From an uncultured virus (IMG/VR IMGVR_UViG_3300028581_000034) (lineage: Duplodnaviria > Heunggongvirae > Uroviricota > Caudoviricetes): a DNA stretch of 20,000 nt. Below the pieces are notes generated by a model, which did not search any database, was not told where the DNA came from, and saw only the letters and a list, made by a program, of their open reading frames with translations. The DNA lies in the IMG/VR virus record IMGVR_UViG_3300028581_000034; one strand, written 5' to 3'. Every line of letters starts with the position of its first letter. Within the stretch, counting starts at the first letter, position 1. The translations under genes and the position numbers were made by a program. Below, piece after piece: positions 16,609-20,000 of this stretch.

Positions 16609-19600
16609 TTAATATGGGCACCAATAACCTCCAATTTCATTGGCTATAATACAACCATTAGTTATTGTAGGACAAGTTGGGAACGTACCTGTACCTGTTG
16701 CGGTAACCGAACAACAACTATTCAATCCAGGATTTGTACAGTAGTTGTAAGAAGAATAAATTGGAGTACTAATACTACATCTAATTTCATTACCAAATGT
16801 TGCAATATTAGAAATGTCTACTCTTAATGTGTACCAAGTACCGTTGACAGGTGATGGTATATTAAACACGCCATATTTACAATCTCCCTGTAATCCCGTA
16901 CCAACCGCAATTCTAATATTAGAAGATGGTGCGGAAACTTGAACATACTTGAATGAAATCATGTAAGAATAAGACCTTGTTGGATATGGGTCACTTACAT
17001 GGGATTCTGTTTGTAAAGATAATGGTGGAACAGATGAAACAATATATGGACTACCTCCGGCTCCACCGGTGTTACATGGTTGAATATATGAGTACCATTC
17101 ACTAATGTTGTCGTAAAGTGCAGAACCGCTTGGAGCTGCAATATTTTCATAAACCGTAATACTTTGTGATGTACCACCAACACAAGCACATGCTGAAGTT
17201 GGTGTTGGGGTTGGTGTTGGGGTTTTAGTTTTAGTTGGTGTCACAGTTCTTGTTGGGGTTGGACTCTTAGTAACCGATACCGATGGTGTAACCGTTGGAG
17301 TTCTTGTGGGTGTTACTGTTGGAGTTATTGTGGGTGTTGGGGTACTCGTTGGTGCCGGAGTCTGACTAACTTCACTCGGACATTGATGTTCATCATTAAT
17401 ACATTGTGAACAGTTATCGTAAGGTGTTTCAGACCCGCCAACCCCACTAACAGTGCCGTCCCACTGACCTACATATGCCGGTCTAACAACATCTTCAACA
17501 ACAGTATAACATCCAGGTTCTAAACCTGATTGTCCCGTAATAAACCATGTTTGATTTGTTAAAAGACCAGGGTCGTTAGATGCAAAATAATAAACAACAT
17601 AATATAAACTTACATTACAACATGATTGTAACCTCAATTCAAACGGAATTGGTGATAATGATGGTGTTACAGTTGGAGTCACAGTTGGTGTTACAGTTGG
17701 AGTCACAGTTGGAGTTGGTGATGGACATATAAATCCTAATGTACAAACACTACAGTTTTCCTGTCCAAAATTGATATAAATATTAGTCCCACTTTCAGGT
17801 CCTGTAGGATTAACTCCACCTCTAATAGTATAACATTTAAGTCCTGAACCTAAATCAACCGCAACGGTGTCATTAGAAATTGGTGGTACACCACTAAAAT
17901 CAATTAAAATGTGAGGACCACTCACTGTAAAATCACAACAATCTTCAAGTTGTTCTATTTGGTAATATGAGGGCTCTGGAGATGGTGTTGGCGTGTTTGT
18001 TGGTGTTGTTGTTGGTGTAGTTGTCGGGTCAGGTGTGACACTTGGTGTTTGTGTTGGTGAATTTGTCGGTGTTATTGTTGGCGTAATAGTTGGAGTTACA
18101 CTAACAGTAATTGAAGGTGTAAGAGAATTGGTTGGCGTAATTGTAGGTGTTGAAGTAACAGTATTTGTCGGTGTTATTGTTGGTGTAACCGTTGGTGATG
18201 TTGTTGGTGTTTGAGTTGGTGTTATAGTATTTGTTGGAGTAATACTTGGAGTAGGTGTTACTGAGTTTGTTGGGGTAATACTTGGTGTTGGGGTTACCGA
18301 ATTTGTTGGAGTAATAGTCGGAGTTACACTTGGAGTAACAGTTGGTGTCAACGAATTTGTTGGTGTTACCGATGGAGTGTTGGTTGGTGTAATTGTTGGT
18401 GTAATTGTTGGTGTTAATGTTGATGTTGGAGTAACACTCGGAGTAACTGATGGTGAATTTGTTGGCGTTATAGATGGGGTTGGAGTTATAGAACTTGTTG
18501 GAGTTACTGAACTGGTTGGAGTAATTGTTGGTGTTGTTGTAACTGTTGGTGTTACAGAATTTGTTGGAGTTATAGTTGGCGTTGGTGTTACAGAATTTGT
18601 TGGTGTAATACTTGGTGTTGGTGTTATTGAGGTTGTTGGGGTTACGGTGGGAGTAATAGTATTTGTTGGAGTTATAGTGACTGTGGGTGTTACAGAATTT
18701 GTTGGTGTTATAGTTGGCGTTGGTGTTACAGAATTTGTTGGTGTAATACTTGGCGTCACACTTGGGGTAACCGTTGGAGTTGCAGTTGGAGTTACCGATG
18801 TTGTTGGAGTAACTGATGGTGAGTTTGTTGGTGTTAGAGATAAGCTTGGTGTAATTGTATTGGTCGGAGTTATTGTTATAGTTGGAGTTATCGTTGGAGT
18901 TATTGTTACTGTCGGTGTTAACGAATTTGTTGGAGTTATTGTTACTGTTGGTGTTATAGTATTTGTTGGAGTAATACTTGGTGTTGGTGTTAACGAATTT
19001 GTTGGAGTTACGGTAGGAGTAATGGTATTTGTTGGTGTAATACTTGGTGTTGGTGTTACAGAATTTGTTGGTGTAATACTTGGTGTTGGTGTTAACGAAT
19101 TTGTTGGCGTAATACTTGGTGTTACACTCGGAGTTACCGTTGGAGTTAATGTTGGAGTAACCGTATTAGTTGGAGTAACTGATGGGGAGTTTGTTGGTGT
19201 TAGAGAATTGGTTGGTGTAATTGTATTAGTCGGAGTTATCGTTACAGTTGGTGTAATAGTATTAGTTGGTGTAATAGTATTAGTTGGTGTAACCGATGGT
19301 GTTTGTGTTGGACTTAAACTTGGAGTAACCGAATTTGTTGGGGTTAATGTTGGTGTTGGTGTCGGAGTCGCACCCGCTGATTGTGAAATAGATGGACTAG
19401 GAGATACTGAAGGTGTATTTGTCGGTGTTACAGTTGGAGTAATTGTCGGTGTACTAGTTGGAGTATCTGTTGGTGTTGGAGTTATTGTTGGAGTTACTGA
19501 TTCAGTTGGAGTTACCGAATTTGTTGGCGTTATAGTATTGGTTGGTGTAATAGTATTAGTTGGAGTAATAGTATTTGTTGGTGTCATGGTTGGTGTTACC

Positions 19601-20000
19601 GTTACAGAAGTTGTCGGAGTTATTGTTGGAGTAATAGTATTAGTTGGGGTAATAGTATTTGTTGGAGTTATTGTTGGAGTACTAGTTGGAGTTTCTGATG
19701 GTGTCGCACCCGGAGTTTGAGTTATTGAGGTAGTTGGAGTTATTGTTGGTGTTGGAGTTAAAGATTCTGTTGGTGTAATAGAAACCGTAGGAGTTACTGT
19801 TGATGTTGGAGTTATTGTTGGTGTTGGTGTTTCTGTTGTTGTTGGAGTGATTGTCGGAGTTACTGATTCAGTTGGAGTTACCGAATTTGTTGGCGTTATA
19901 GTATTAGTTGGAGTTATAGTATTAGTTGGTGTTGTTGTTGGTGTTTCTGATGAAGTTGGCGTTATCGAATTTGTCGGTGTAATAGTATTGGTTGGAGTAA
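16609..20000 (-). CDS. Very large mucin-like Thr/Pro/Ser protein with Cys-rich modules (5'-truncated, >1100 aa)
   Basis: I read the frame from 19588 to the window end and found no stop, so ATG 19587 is internal. ~680 aa [15 protein letters not shown] tract, then two Cys-rich modules and a Cys-rich C-terminal domain separated by TP linkers. Confidence 0.85.
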   Translation of the reverse strand, partial: TPTNTITPTNSITPTSSETPTTTPTNTITPTNTITPTNSVTPTESVTPTITPTTTETPTPTITPTSTVTPTVSITPTESLTPTPTITPTTSITQTPGATPSETPTSTPTITPTNTITPTNTITPTITPTTSVTVTPTMTPTNTITPTNTITPTNTITPTNSVTPTESVTPTITPTPTDTPTSTPTITPTVTPTNTPSVSPSPSISQSAGATPTPTPTLTPTNSVTPSLSPTQTPSVTPTNTITPTNTITPTVTITPTNTITPTNSLTPTNSPSVTPTNTVTPTLTPTVTPSVTPSITPTNSLTPTPSITPTNSVTPTPSITPTNTITPTVTPTNSLTPTPSITPTNTITPTVTITPTNSLTPTVTITPTITPTITITPTNTITPSLSLTPTNSPSVTPTTSVTPTATPTVTPSVTPSITPTNSVTPTPTITPTNSVTPTVTITPTNTITPTVTPTTSITPTPSITPTNSVTPTPTITPTNSVTPTVTTTPTITPTSSVTPTSSITPTPSITPTNSPSVTPSVTPTSTLTPTITPTITPTNTPSVTPTNSLTPTVTPSVTPTITPTNSVTPTPSITPTNSVTPTPSITPTNTITPTQTPTTSPTVTPTITPTNTVTSTPTITPTNSLTPSITVSVTPTITPTITPTNSPTQTPSVTPDPTTTPTTTPTNTPTPSPEPSYYQIEQLEDCCDFTVSGPHILIDFSGVPPISNDTVAVDLGSGLKCYTIRGGVNPTGPESGTNIYINFGQENCSVCTLGFICPSPTPTVTPTVTPTVTPTVTPSLSPIPFELRLQSCCNVSLYYVVYYFASNDPGLLTNQTWFITGQSGLEPGCYTVVEDVVRPAYVGQWDGTVSGVGGSETPYDNCSQCINDEHQCPSEVSQTPAPTSTPTPTITPTVTPTRTPTVTPSVSVTKSPTPTRTVTPTKTKTPTPTPTPTSACACVGGTSQSITVYENIAAPSGSALYDNISEWYSYIQPCNTGGAGGSPYIVSSVPPLSLQTESHVSDPYPTRSYSYMISFKYVQVSAPSSNIRIAVGTGLQGDCKYGVFNIPSPVNGTWYTLRVDISNIATFGNEIRCSISTPIYSSYNYCTNPGLNSCCSVTATGTGTFPTCPTITNGCIIANEIGGYWCPY
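17970..20000 (-). repeat. Degenerate Thr/Pro dipeptide-hexapeptide repeat tract
   Basis: Units [26 protein letters not shown]. Exact 50 nt duplication at 19490-19539 / 19856-19905 and a 68 nt one-mismatch duplication at 18548-18615 / 18686-18753. Confidence 0.95.

Noticed and set aside
18377..19720. 447 aa + strand Val/Gly ORF (and 17993-18214)
   Set aside because: Antisense shadow of the Thr/Pro repeat: ACN/CCN codons lack stops on the opposite strand.
13928..20000. Repeat arrays as CRISPR or DGR template/variable repeats
   Set aside because: Repeats are in-frame, codon-degenerate and have no unique spacers; no adenine-specific mismatch pair, reverse transcriptase or cas gene in the window.
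17970..20000. TxT repeats as ice-binding or ice-nucleation protein
   Set aside because: High Pro content is incompatible with the beta-solenoid of TxT ice-binding proteins; a mucin-like stalk fits better.
1..20000. Eukaryotic giant virus origin or alternative genetic code
   Set aside because: gp13-like neck, BppU-like gene, overlapping operon structure and bacterial promoter favour a tailed phage; TAA, TGA and TAG all terminate full-length genes under the standard code.

Overview
AT-rich fragment of what is most likely a large (jumbo-type, T4-like neck) tailed phage, probably infecting a Bacteroidota host: genes lack Shine-Dalgarno motifs, have A-rich leaders, and there is a TTTG-N19-TAnnTTT-type promoter. 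The + strand carries a 5'-truncated Mn/Fe superoxide dismutase fused to a long C-terminal region ending in a PD-(D/E)xK-like domain, a T4 gp13-like neck protein and a small beta-rich protein. The - strand, in transcription order, carries four putative virion surface proteins (a >1100 aa Thr/Pro mucin-like protein with Cys-rich modules, a CBM5/12 + Thr/Pro protein, a duplicated beta-domain + Thr/Pro protein, and a (Gly-Ser/Thr-Ser)68 + RCC1-propeller protein). These are followed directly by a tightly coupled seven-gene glycan cluster (GT60-like polypeptide GlcNAc-transferase, DUF6165-like protein, GT-A glycosyltransferase, FkbM methyltransferase, second SAM methyltransferase, sulfotransferase, HtrL/YibB + GT-A fusion), a BppU-like protein, a family B DNA polymerase and a stand-alone mini HsdS-like protein. 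The most interesting inference is a phage-encoded mucin-type O-glycosylation system sitting next to its likely mucin-like substrates. All family calls are from motif recognition by eye; no database searches were run.
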